Part shown: positions 28,406 to 40,599 of the stretch, in pieces
How positions within the stretch are numbered: position 1 is the stretch's first letter
Layout of the letters: every line of letters starts with the position of its first letter
Assembly (NCBI GenBank): GCA_964016885.1
Contig: OZ024741.1
Span: forward strand, 125,736,001 to 125,800,000
Direction of reading: 5' to 3'
DNA length: 64,000 nucleotides
Source: Eledone cirrhosa
Lineage: Eukaryota
The notes under the pieces: generated by a model
Told to the model about the DNA's origin: nothing
Database searches by the model: none
The model's input: only the letters and a program-made list of their open reading frames with translations
Made by a program: the position numbers and the translations under genes

Positions 28406-28763
28406 ATGTATCATTGATACACTTACTCAAAATGACCTCCCACTACCTAATTTTCTATATATATATATGTATCTATCTCTATTTCCTCTCTCTATATATA
28501 TATATATCTTTCTGTCTCTTTACATGAAGCTCTTCACTTTATCTATTTTTCCATCTCTCTATTTTGTTCCATGCATTTCTTCTTTTTCTTTTTCTTCTTT
28601 TTCTTCCTTCTCTTCGTTTTGTCTTGCTTTCTTTCGTTTTTCCCTCTTTTCTTTCTCTCTTTCTTTCTCTCTGTATTTTCACTGCTAGAGTAAACCTCTT
28701 CAAATGAAGTTGATGTTTATTACGGTATGTCGAATATATTTATCTATAAAACTGTTTATATTG

Positions 28764-28829
28764 TATTTTGTCTGATGAAGGCATAGCATATTGTTAATAT
28801 GATATCCCCGAAATATATATAATGAAATA
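28764..28829 (+). ncRNA. Type I hammerhead ribozyme
   Basis: TATTTTGT-CTGATGA-[CATATT/AATATG stem II]-GAAA-TATATA-TA-ATGAAATA. Confidence 0.75.
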
Positions 28830-28964
28830 AATATGGTTTTATAAATATAGTTTTCCATTTATTTAATATTTAATATTCTAAATATACTCCAAATATTTGT
28901 CGAGTGCTTTTATATCAGTTATAAATATTTACTAGTTGTAACCCAACAATTTTAAATATAACTT

Positions 28965-29048
<84 letters not shown>

Positions 29049-29712
29049 TATACATATATATACTATATATAATAAACACACATATATATATATATATACA
29101 TATAATAAACATATATATATATATATACATATAATAAACATATTAAAATTGTGTGTGCATGTATATATGAATGTACGTGGGATGTGTACATGTGATACGT
29201 ATATTATATGCTTAAATACTTTATTAAATAAACAATAAACATACCTACTGTTAGACTGATAGACTGATAGATTAAACAGAAAAATGATTGATGAATGAAG
29301 AATTACGTAATTGGAATCTAATGGAAGGTAATGCTGCAGGTGTGCTAAAGTTTCAGGTAACAAAAGAACTAAGAAGGTACCATTTATCTTTGAAGTAATA
29401 TAGCTGAGAACGGAATCGACGAAATTTTCTCATGACACCGCTTGACTAAGGGTCAGTCTTATTACTATACGTGTATTATTATAGCTGGCAATATCAAATG
29501 AATAACACATACAAATACACACACACACACACACACACACACATTATATATTATTTTCATTGAGATCTGACAGATTGGTTCTATTTCGCCCTTTAACGGA
29601 ACACAATTCTACTATATATATATGTATATATATATATTGTTATACTTTGGGAGGGTCATGTTGCCAATAAGAAATACACGCACCAGTTGCTTTCACTTCA
29701 ATTTATTATATA

Positions 29713-30239
29713 CTAGCAGTAAAGCCCGGCGTTGCTCGGGGTCGCTCAGTAGCTGTGTTAAAGTTACAATGTTAAGTTTCTTTTTTGGCTTAAAAACTAT
29801 AGTGTCTACTGTGCAGACTTGCATGTGGTGTTTTTGATTAATATTCCCTCAACCAACAATATGCCTTATGAAGTTAAGAAAACATAACGATAACCCGAAT
29901 GTTATAACAAAAGAGGATGCTGGGGATAAAAACTGCACTGGTTATTTATTAACAAAGATCGAAAATGTAAACACTGCAACGCAGAGAAAAACAACGTAAG
30001 ACGCTCAATGTAAACAGAACAAAGGGAAATAACTGATAACTTACGCTCAAAAATCGATACATTATATTCGATTTCGTCACATAGGGTGGGTCAATTTGAA
30101 ATATTTTTTTTCCGATGTCTTCGCTAGGGCTCAATGTACAAGTATAGCAATTTCGGTGCAATTCCGTGAGAGATTCTAAGAGGAGATGTGTGCCAAAAAT
30201 CGATAGACAGACAGACAACCACAGTTTTATATATATAGA
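29713..30239 (-). mobile_element. Non-autonomous Helitron nested in the PLE arm
   Basis: A|TC...hairpin-CTAG|T with no TSD; removing it exactly restores the inverted arm. Confidence 0.9.
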
Positions 30240-30326
30240 TTTATAAATTTATAAATTTACAAATCTACAAATTTATAAATTTCTGGTTGGTTGGTTGGTT
30301 CCACAACCAGATAGTTGTTTATATAT

Positions 30327-30371
30327 AGTCATAGTCCTTTCGTCACACACTCTGCGACCTCTTCAGTGACT
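30327..30371 (-). ncRNA. Type I hammerhead ribozyme
   Basis: Inverted copy of 33167-33211. Confidence 0.8.
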
Positions 30372-30575
30372 GGGGATTCCTTTCTTTGTTTCTGTGCCTT
30401 TCCTTTCTTCTGTCCTACGCCATTTTGTTTCTGTGTGTGTGTTGTGTGCTCAGTTTGCACATACGCCACATCCGGGTGTCTGTGTGTGTTTGTGTTCATT
30501 TATCTATTTGTTTATTTATTTACATGTTGTTGGTTGGTTGTTTGTTCTATGTGTGTGTGTGTTTTCATTTTGTCC

Positions 30576-31192
30576 TTAATTGTAAGTTGTGATGTTGCTG
30601 TTCCACTCATATTTTCTATTTAATTTTGGTTGTAATTCTTTTATGTTTACTGCCTCTGTAATTTGTCTAAACATTGCATCTTTTCTGTGTGTAGATTCTA
30701 TTTTTATTTCTATGTTCTCTAATTTACCCTTGTGTTCTATCTTAGCATGTTGGTAGAGTACAGATGATTCTTTATTATCTTGAAGGTCTCGCCAGTGTTC
30801 ATTTATCCGTTCCCCTATACTACGAGCTGTCTCACCTATGTACACTATATTTTTGTTTCTACATTGTCCTTCAGTACATCTTATGCTATACACTACATTT
30901 CTAGTTTTACAGTTAATATGGGGGCTTATTTTACAGGTTATACATTTCTTATCTATACATGAGGGTCTTTGGAACGGGTATGTCTTGCTAATAAGTGTTT
31001 TTACGGAGGTACCTGGTCTTTCTACTATCTTAATATTGAGTTTATGTTTATTTAGGGCCCTTCTAAATGTGTAGGCTAGTTCGCCTCTAGGGGTTGTATC
31101 GATGAACATTACACTCTGGTATTTATTGCTATCATACCATGAGTTTATTCTATTGGCCTTGTTCCTAGTTCTTTCTATTCTATTCCAAAATT
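30576..31192 (-). pseudogene. Inverted duplicate of the GIY-YIG coding end
   Basis: 177-aa ORF identical to the 31529-32962 C-terminus except one K/I difference. Confidence 0.9.
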
Positions 31193-32962
31193 ATACGCCC
31201 CATCATTGAGATGTCCCCAGATGTATGTGACAGCACGGAGGACCTCCTCAGCAGAATCGGCGTGGGTAACCGATCTGGGGACCTAACAAACTGCATAATA
31301 GGCAGTATGGATGTTGTGTCCCTGTATCCATCTATTGACGTGGATTTTGCTGTGGAGAAATGCGTAGAAATGATCAGCGAGGGCAAGGTTGAGTTCCGTG
31401 GGATTGATACCAGTGAGCTGGGACTTCTACTTAAGCTTACCCATAGTAATAGTTACCTAGACACTTATGACCTTAGCAACCTGTGACCTACAAGACCAGC
31501 AAGAGGCAGACCACCTACCATTACCTCAATGGCCAAGAAAACCCACACAGATAGATGGAACGGGTGGACCAGAGCCATACGGACACCCGAAAACCACGAT
31601 GAACTGAAGAAAATGATTGCACATGCGGTAGGGGCCAGCATAAAATTAACCCTTAAGGAACATATGTGCAAATTTAATGGAAAAACATATGCCCAAGAGG
31701 AAGGAGCAGTCATTGGTGTTAGCATTGCAGGCGACATAGCTAACTTATTCATGGTATGGTGGGACAGTAGACTTAAACTTAAACTTAAAGAACAATTAGA
31801 AGACAGCTTAACCCTGATAATGTACTCCCGCTACGTAGATGATATAAACATCGTAGTTAAGACACCCCCACTAGAGAACAGTCAGGAACTAGAGAAAAAC
31901 ACAATGGAAAGCATCCAGCAAATAGCAAACTCCATCCACCAGAGCATTAGAGTTACTATAGACTACCCAAGTAGACACCCCAACCATCGATTACCTGTAC
32001 TAGACACAGAGCTCTGGTTAGATACCATTAACAACCAAAAACAAATCCTCCATTCCCATTATGCCAAACCCATGACTTCCAAACATCTGATCCACCGAAA
32101 CTCGGCCATTTCGGACCATACCAAAATCAACATACTGATTGCGGATTTGGTACGGGTGATGAAAAATGTGTCCCGCATGTGCAACCCCGAAGAACTAGAG
32201 AGACACATACAACACTTCATCCACCGTATGCAGTTCTCTGGCTACAATCAGAGAGATAGAATCAGAGTGTATAGAGGAGCCAGAACCAAATGGGAAAAAA
32301 TGGTAAATAATGACATAAATGGGACCTGCCCCTTGTATAGGAGCAAATTTTGGAATAGAATAGAAAGAACTAGGAACAAGGCCAATAGAATAAACTCATG
32401 GTATGATAGCAATAAATACCAGAGTGTAATGTTCATCGATACAACCCCTAGAGGCGAACTAGCCTACACATTTAGAAGGGCCCTAAATAAACATAAACTC
32501 AATATTAAGATAGTAGAAAGACCAGGTACCTCCGTAAAAACACTTATTAGCAAGACATACCCGTTCCAAAGACCCTCATGTATAGATAAGAAATGTATAA
32601 CCTGTAAAATAAGCCCCCATATTAACTGTAAAACTAGAAATGTAGTGTATAGCATAAGATGTACTGAAGGACAATGTAGAAACAAAAATATAGTGTACAT
32701 AGGTGAGACAGCTCGTAGTATAGGGGAACGGATAAATGAACACTGGCGAGACCTTCAAGATAATAAAGAATCATCTGTACTCTACCAACATGCTAAGATA
32801 GAACACAAGGGTAAATTAGAGAACATAGAAATAAAAATAGAATCTACACACAGAAAAGATGCAATGTTTAGACAAATTACAGAGGCAGTAAACATAAAAG
32901 AATTACAACCAAAATTAAATAGAATATATGAGTGGAACAGCAACATCACAACTTACAATTAA
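31193..32962 (+). CDS. Naiad-like PLE RT plus zinc finger plus GIY-YIG; one in-frame TGA at 31484-31486
   Basis: GSMDVVSLYPSI, QEEGAVIG, YSRYVDD, CxxxxCxxC...C, VVY...YIGET.R...R..EH; ORFs 31211 and 31529 share a frame. Confidence 0.9.
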
Positions 32963-33166
32963 GGACAAAATGAAAACACACACACACATAGAACAAACAA
33001 CCAACCAACAACATGTAAATAAATAAACAAATAGATAAATGAACACAAACACACACAGACACCCGGATGTGGCGCATGTGCAAATTGAGCACACAACACA
33101 CACACAGAAACAAAATGGCGTAGGACAGAAGAAAGGAAAGGCACAGAAACAAAGAAAGGAATCCCC

Positions 33167-33211
33167 AGTCACTGAAGAGGTCGCAGAGTGTGTGACGAAA
33201 GGACTATGACT
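33167..33211 (+). ncRNA. Type I hammerhead ribozyme
   Basis: AGTCA-CTGAAGA-G-GTCGCA/TGTGAC-GAAA-GGAC-TA-TGACT. Confidence 0.82.
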
Positions 33212-33431
33212 ATATATAAACAACTATCTGGTTGTGGAACCAACCAACCAACCAGAAATTTATAAATTTGTAGATTTGTAAATTTATAAATTTATAAATA
33301 TATAATAAATTGAAGTGAAAGCAACTGGTGCGTGTGTTTCTTATTGGCAACATGACCCTCCCAAAGTATAACAATATCGGTTTCAACACACGATTTCAGA
33401 TAAAGAATCTTGCTAAACAAATTCAGAAACG

Positions 33432-33496
<65 letters not shown>

Positions 33497-33634
33497 TTAA
33501 TTATATTATATTATATTATATTATATTATATTATATTATATTATATTATATCATATTTCTTCCATGTACTGTGTTATTTGTTTTGTTATTTTTTTTTACC
33601 TTTTACACACACACACACACATATATATACATAA

Positions 33635-33905
33635 TATCTATCTATCTACGGCGGGTAAAATTCCCGAGATCCGTGGACGAGTTCTCTGCAGTGGTCTCTA
33701 TCCCTCACTATCGCTGCCATCTCCTGCGTCTCCAACAGACCAGTGTCTGTCCTTAGGGCATCAACATACGTTAACCTTGGTCTTCCTCTTCCAGTGTGTC
33801 CATGTAGTGGCTCCCACAGGAGCACTGAGTGCAATGTCAACTCTGGATATCGGTGAGCATGTCCAGTTAACCTCAGTCTCCTCTGTGTCACTTTTGACCT
33901 GACTT
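33635..33905 (-). mobile_element. RTE/RTE-X-like LINE 3' fragment ending in (TAGA)n
   Basis: RRLRLTGH..R...LLWEP.HG...RGRP...YVD.L..DTG. Confidence 0.75.
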
Positions 33906-34064
33906 TTATCATATTATATCATTTTATATCATATTTCTTCCATACTGTGTTGTTTGTTTTGTTATTTCTTTTTACCTTTTACACACAGACAGACATATAT
34001 AATATTAATACATATATATATATATAATATTAATATATATGTGTACGTATATACGTATATATAT

Positions 34065-34277
34065 GTGGAGGTGTGTGGCTTGGTGGTAAGTGTGTTGGAC
34101 TTACCATCATAATGTCGTGGACTAGGTTGTGTTTATGTTATTGATCAAAACACTTCATTCCACGTTGCTCCAGTATACTCAGCTTAAAACGAGTACCAGC
34201 AATAGCTGGGGGTTTAACCCTGCGATGAACTGATGTCCTGTCCAGGGGGGAATCTTAACGCCGCGGAAACCGGGATT
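34065..34277 (+). mobile_element. CORE-type SINE
   Basis: GGAGGTGTGTGGCTTGGTGGTAAG head; CTCAGCTTAAAACGAGTACCAGC. Confidence 0.65.
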
Positions 34278-34374
34278 GTCATTTGTATAATAAAATGTAT
34301 ATGCCTCTACTCTACTAACGAATTGTGTACTCTTTTTAACTGTGGTCACCGCCCAATTCACATCGATAATCAAC

Positions 34375-34483
<109 letters not shown>

Positions 34484-34884
34484 CGTGCGTGTGTGCGTGC
34501 GTGCGTGTGTGTGTATGTGTGTGTGTGTGTGTGCATGAACGTATTAAAATTGCATATATTTTTTTTGTTTCGTTTGAACTAATGTATATATTTACTCCTA
34601 TTTTTTTAATTTAAATATATATTTGGTTTTGCATGTAATTGCATGAATTTGTGTGTTGTTGGACCTTCGGTCTCCAAGTGACATATTTGAGTATTTTAGA
34701 AAAAGAAAAAGATTTATTGTCGAGAAAGATTTATTTTATTTGACCTCTTGTGAAAAGAAACATTAAAAAGGTCAGTGTATTAAATAACATTACTCCACAA
34801 CAAAAATAACGATTTCTGATTTAGACATAAGCCAAACACTGTCCAAAGGAGTAAGAGACGAAAGACAAAACATTAATTTATAGA

Positions 34885-35072
34885 GCGGTGAACTGGCAGT
34901 ATCGGTAGAGGGTCGGACGCCATGCTTTCTAGCATAGTTACGTCCCTTAACGATCTGAGTTCAAATCCCGCCGAGGTTAACTTTGCCTTTCATCCTTACG
35001 GGGTAGATAAAATAAAGTACCAGTAATGTACTGGGTAATTGCTGGCCTTGTACCTAACGTAGAAACAATTAA
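34885..35072 (+). mobile_element. tRNA-derived SINE
   Basis: Same family as 16428. Confidence 0.8.
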
Positions 35073-35636
35073 TTTATAGACGTTAAGCTACAAAACACAT
35101 AGGGGATGATCATGTTGCCAATATTTTCAATAGAAAGAAACACATGCACTGTATAATTGTCACTTCATCTTTACAAACAGAAAAACCATCCTTCGGGTGG
35201 TTTTCTGCTTGCATGTGAAGTGTGCATATTGATATTATACACAAGTATATATACATATAGATGAAATCGTAATTGAAATGAAATCGAAATTGACAATATG
35301 CACAGAAATTGAACGAAGTCTGTGTTACACTCTCTTCTGTAATCAATAAAGTAATCCATGATACATTAAAAAAAGACGATATTATATATAAACTGCATTA
35401 GGTGAAAATTAGCGACGGAAATATATGAATGTTTATATAAGCGATGTAATAAATGTTATAATATAACGGGCGCTAACCGGAAGTGTTGACATTTGAAAAT
35501 TTTAAAGAAGTGAATCTTAAAATAAGCAATACCATTATTTATATTTAATCAAAAGTTACGAAATTTGACACATAAATTATGTAATATTCATTCATTAATA
35601 ATTCAAAGTAATCCTACTTATTTTACAAAAGGGATA

Positions 35637-35674
<38 letters not shown>

Positions 35675-35993
35675 GGACGCAGACCCGCGTTCCTCCCTTT
35701 ATTATAGTTAAGATTAATTGTTATTCAAACAGTATGGCGCAGAGAACAAAGACAATGGTACTTTTTTATCGACGTCGAAGGGATGAAAGGCAAAGATGAT
35801 CTCAGTGGAATTTTAACTGTGAGAGCAGAAATCCGAAATGAATACCGTAAAACATTCTATCTGACGTCTTATCGACTTCACTAATTCCCCGCCTTGCCTT
35901 AAGAGTGTACGTTTCTGTAAAATGCTCAATCACGTACACGTTAATTTCATGAGCAGACTGGTCTGCGGATCGAGCAATTAATCTTCTCTGATA

Positions 35994-36165
<172 letters not shown>

Positions 36166-36188
36166 CATATATATATTTATACATATAT

Positions 36189-36225
<37 letters not shown>

Positions 36226-36555
36226 AACACAAAAGCACCCTTTGTCTTGCATGAAACAACAACTAGCTACTATTTAACACTAGTTATATACAGGAAGGAA
36301 AGGAAAAGAAATGATTTAATATTCGATAACAAATGCTTTCTTTTACTCCTCTGTATCTATAGTTTATGTCCAACTATATAATAGGCATGTGTTATGTTAA
36401 CCTTTGTATATCTCTATGTAATGAGCTTGTGGTATATTGAATTATTTGTAAAAGCAGGATGATTGGCGAAGTTATCCGATTACCGGGTCTATAGTGATTG
36501 AATTTTATTCACGAAACAGTGTTTTGTATAAGTGGACACAACATGGCTTTGTGAG

Positions 36556-36772
36556 AGGATGGAAGATTAGCAGAATGGTTAGAACGTCGGACAATAGGCT
36601 TTATAGTATTTAGTTGCGGTTCTTTACGCCCTGAGTTCAATTTCCGCTGAGGTCAACTTGGTCATTGATCCGTCAGAGGCCGATAAAATAAATTATTAGT
36701 CATGTACTGGGGTCGATGTAACCGTCTTTTTTTTTTCCCTAAAACTGCTGTCATTGTCCTTAAATTAATAAC
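36556..36772 (+). mobile_element. tRNA-derived SINE
   Basis: GAGTTCAATTTCCGCTGAGGTCAAC...GATAAAATAA. Confidence 0.65.
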
Positions 36773-37009
36773 CATGAGTGAAAGTAAGAGGAAGCGAGAA
36801 AGTGATAGTTATAGTGGCAGGCTAGCCGAGAGAAGGTGACTAGCAGAAGGGGTGAGCGAAAGTAAGAGGGAGAAGGAGAGAGAGGATAGCAACAAGGGGA
36901 GAGAAAAGAGACGGGTCACAGCGGAGAAGGAAACTTATATGAATAAATTTAACCGCCTCCGTCTCCGATTCTCCTGTCGCTTTTCTAGATATCTCTCTGT
37001 CTATTAATA

Positions 37010-37760
37010 AATGTAATCTGAGATTTTCGAATATTAATAATTGTTTCTACTTTTTGGCACAAGGCCAGCAATTATCCAGTGCATTACTGGTACTTTATTT
37101 TATCGACCCCGTAAGGATGAAAGGCAAAGTCAACCTCAGCGGGATTTGAACGTTAAGGGGCGTAACTATGCTAGAAAGCATGGCATCCGACCCTCCACCG
37201 ATACTGCCAATCCACATTCGATTCGTTTGCAATTATGCAAACAAGCCTCAATTTTATAGCCATGTCAGTAGAATGAACACTTCATTATTGCTCTTGTGTT
37301 GGCATGCGAACAGAACTGCAGACACTAATGTTTCTGGGTATCTTTGTTTCTCTTCATCAGTACAGCTCACTGTTCACCTGCCAAACTGTCAGAGCTGGCC
37401 AGTCTGCTGATCAGTGGGTCTGCTAATATGCAGATCTGACTGATCAGCCAGTCTGCTAATGTGCAAATCAGGCCGATCAGTCACTGTGTATTTTTGAAAA
37501 TAGCATATATTTTCACTAGCTCTGACAGTTTGGCAGGTGAACAGTGAGCTGTACTGATGAAGGGTGATACCCAGAGACATTAGTGTCTGCAGTTCTGTTC
37601 GCATGTCAACACAAGAGCAAGAATGAAGTGTTCATTCTACTGACATGGCTATAAAATTGAGGCTTGTTTGCATAATTGCAAACGAATCGAATGTTATTAT
37701 TAATATTCGAAAATCTCAGATTACATTCATTGTATTCAGCCATGTAGAGCGAAATTTTCT
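37010..37760. mobile_element. Fold-back HHR element (~215-bp arms) interrupted by a SINE
   Basis: 37010-37040 plus 37214-37396 inverted against 37518-37728; HHR motifs at 37313-37368 (-) and 37546-37595 (+). Confidence 0.75.
37042..37213 (-). mobile_element. tRNA-derived SINE nested in the fold-back arm
   Basis: Reverse complement of the 16428 family. Confidence 0.8.
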
Positions 37761-37774
37761 TTTTTATTCTCTAT

Positions 37775-39160
37775 CTATTAATCACTCTCATCACACCCTC
37801 TCTACTTCTATCTTCATTAAACCAACAGACTCCCAATCTTACCTCGACTTCACCTCCTCCCATCCAACCAGCACCAAACACTCCATACCCTATTCCCAAT
37901 TCCTCCGTCTTCTTCGACTATGTAGCCAGGATGACGATTTCGAAACCCATTCCCTTCGCATGGCTTCCTGCTTCATCCAGCGTGGATATCCCCCCCCCCC
38001 ACTCTGATCCAAGCTGCTCTCACCCGCGCCCGTGAAACAGACCGCACCACAGCCCTCTCACCTCACCCCGCCCTCCCAACACCCGTGTTCCTTTCCCTTT
38101 CACGTACCACCCCATCACCCTACCTCTCCGGCGACATATCCTCCGTTCCTTCTGTATCCTCTCTTCTGACCCCGTCACTTCTCGCTTTTTTCCAAACCCA
38201 CCCATTACTGCTTTTAAGCGCGCCCGCAACCTCCGCGACCCCCTGGTTCGCAGTTCCTTTTCGTCCTTTCCTACGACTCCACCCGGCTCTCATCCTTGTT
38301 CCCGCTCCCACTGCAACACTTGTCCCTTTATTTCCACCCTCACCACTCTTACAGGCCCTAACGGGTCTTTCCGTATCCGCCATACCTTCACCTGCACATC
38401 CATCCATGTTGTCTATGCCCTCCGGTGTTCCCTTTGCGGGTCTTTATATATAGGACAAACGGGACGCCGTATGGCGGACCATTTTGCCCAATATTTGAGG
38501 GACATACGACTCAGTTTGGATACTCCTGTCGCCCGTCATTTCTGTTCTCCTGGTCATTCTTCCCTACATGTTTCAGTCCTGGGTGTCCTTTTACATCATG
38601 GATCACAGGCCTCAAGCACCAGGACTGAACAAAATCTGATTCACCGCCTTGGGTCCTTTTCCCCTCTTGGACTCAACTCACCTCCCCAATTTCTCTAATA
38701 CCCCATCCATTATCACACCCCTAGATTCCTATCGCTTTCTCTTGATCATTAGCAGCTTCTCTTACAACTAATACATGCTGACTATATATGCTCACTCCAC
38801 TTTTCCCTTCACTGCACACCCTTATATTAACATACTTTTGCTCATAGCTTCGTACTTACATGCACACATAATCTTTTACTCACATATACACATATATTTC
38901 TTCTTAGCTTCGTACGGACGTATAATAACACACACACACACACGTGCTCAAATATAGCTCTTTTTACAAAACGTTTTTTTTTCCATTTCAGATAGATGCG
39001 CTCCATGATTTCACGTTTCTAAAAAGTAAATCATACACCTGATGAAGGACTATCGTCCGAAACGTTAAGACCGTCTTCCTGCTATATCAAGCGTTAACCT
39101 AATATATCCCTTCCATATACTGTACCGATTGTGTTGTTATTTCTGTTTACCTTTTACATA
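37775..39160 (+). mobile_element. Neptune-like PLE 3' fragment, frameshifted
   Basis: KPTDSQSYL...SSHP...SIPYSQFLR; C..P.C.TC; VVY.LRC..C...YIGQT; HHR at 39039. Confidence 0.85.
39037..39069 (+). ncRNA. Minimal hammerhead ribozyme
   Basis: CTGATGA-A-GGAC-TATC-GTCC-GAAA-CGTT. Confidence 0.8.
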
Positions 39161-39270
39161 CATATATCGCATATATATATATATATACGTTATTCCGGGT
39201 TGAATCGGAGGTAACCACAGTAAGTAAGGTACTCAATACATTGCAGAGTATAAAAGTTTTAATATAGATG

Positions 39271-39321
39271 AGATTCTACAGGACTAGAACTGTTTCATTC
39301 TTTAGAAATCATCAGGAATCT
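39271..39321 (-). ncRNA. Type I hammerhead ribozyme
   Basis: Inverted copy of 39656-39706. Confidence 0.8.
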
Positions 39322-39655
39322 GGGTATCAAAAGATAAATATGGTATTTATAGGTCTCTACAAGTGGTAGGAGAGGGTGGGGAGTGGGGTGGGTGTAGGTC
39401 ATTGGTTGATAGAAAAGGGAATTCATTAAAAGCTAATTCTACAAAGCTATAGTTTATTTTTATTAATTTTTGTTTTTAGAGTAACAAAGGCAGACAAAAT
39501 TCTATAAACAGGTTCCGGATGGCATACCATTCCTTGTCATTAAGTTTCTCTTAAGCTAACAGGTGTCTATAAGATCAGTGGGGGGTCAGTCATGGTAGAT
39601 AGAATTAAAGGAAATCTCCCTTTCCTTTAATTACCATATTTATTTTTTGATACCC

Positions 39656-39706
39656 AGATTCCTGATGATTTCTAAAGAATGAAACAGTTCTAGTCCTGTA
39701 GAATCT
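39656..39706 (+). ncRNA. Type I hammerhead ribozyme with a paired stem III
   Basis: AGATTC-CTGATGA-TTTCTAAAGAAT-GAAA-CAG...CTG-TA-GAATCT. Confidence 0.82.
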
Positions 39707-39732
39707 CATCTATATTAAAACTATATATATAC

Positions 39733-40086
39733 ATGCTTACGCACGTGCACAAGTATAGATCTTTTTACAAAAGGGTTTTTTTTTCCATTTCAGGTAGACG
39801 CGCTCCATCATCCACTTTTCTAAAAAATAAATCATACACAAAACGCCAGCACCAACAGTTTTGCAAGAGATGTCAACATGAATGGACCTGTTATTTTTAT
39901 CTACAGACATTTTTTCCAATTCCAACCCGCCCGTCCCCTCAATCTATCTTATTTCTCATTCTTTCTTCTGATGAACGACTAGCGTCCGAAACGTTAAGAC
40001 CCTCTTCCTGCTATATCAAGCGTTAACCTAATATATCCCTTCCATATACTGTACCGATTGTGTTATTATTTCTGTTTACCTTTTAC

Positions 40087-40088
<2 letters not shown>
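39733..40088 (+). mobile_element. Second pLTR copy of the Neptune-like family, with HHR at 39964-39999
   Basis: Direct repeat of about 38960-39160; TCTT-CTGATGA-ACGACTAGCGTCC-GAAA-CGTT-AAGA. Confidence 0.8.
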
Positions 40089-40149
<61 letters not shown>

Positions 40150-40599
40150 AATATGTGTGTGTGTGTGTGTGTATATATAAATATGTGTGTGTGTGTGGGG
40201 GGGGGTTATGCGGAGTATGGGGGAATTTTGTAGATTCCAAAATTTTATTAGGAAAAAAGAATCCTTTATAGAGAGTGACAAAATTTTAGAGGAGTTTGTA
40301 ACAATTTTATATCGATATAAATATTTTACTAAGAGAGCTATTTTACATGGAACAAAAGTTTTTAAGGGAAGAATAAAAATATTATAAGAGAGGAATTAAA
40401 CAATTAAGAGCAGATCAAACATTTTACAGACGAGTTATTTTGCAACAACACAAACATTTTAAAAGACATAAGTATTTCACAAGTGCATAACATTTTTATA
40501 TAGAGGGGGGGGGGGGGGGTCAAATTAAGGTGATGGTTAGTATTCGAATGGTAGCAGAAATTTTTCATATAAAAATACATGCAAAAAATATTATTCACA

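Larger units (their letters stand above)
25332..28968 (-). mobile_element. Nematis-like PLE, 5'-truncated, with an inverted pLTR copy
   Basis: ~560-bp inverted arms 25332-25895 and 28310-28870; RT plus GIY-YIG ORF; HHR in each arm; (TA)n flanks. Confidence 0.9.
29634..33377 (+). mobile_element. Naiad-like PLE: inverted 3' copy (29634-31192, split by a Helitron) plus forward 5'-truncated copy (31193-33377)
   Basis: 30240-31192 is the reverse complement of about 32346-33298; 29634-29712 is the reverse complement of 33299-33377. Confidence 0.92.
39188..39722 (-). mobile_element. Fold-back HHR mini-element, family D
   Basis: Arms 39255-39345 and 39632-39722; tail 39188-39254; homologous to 54178-54286. 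Confidence 0.8.

Noticed and set aside
14508-30218. Repeated ORF MSVCLSIFGTHLL...
   Set aside because: Chance ORF in non-autonomous Helitron copies; no Rep or helicase motifs
33206-33240. ATGA...AAA...GA as a SECIS after the HHR
   Set aside because: Helix too short, and it overlaps HHR stem I at the predicted cleavage site
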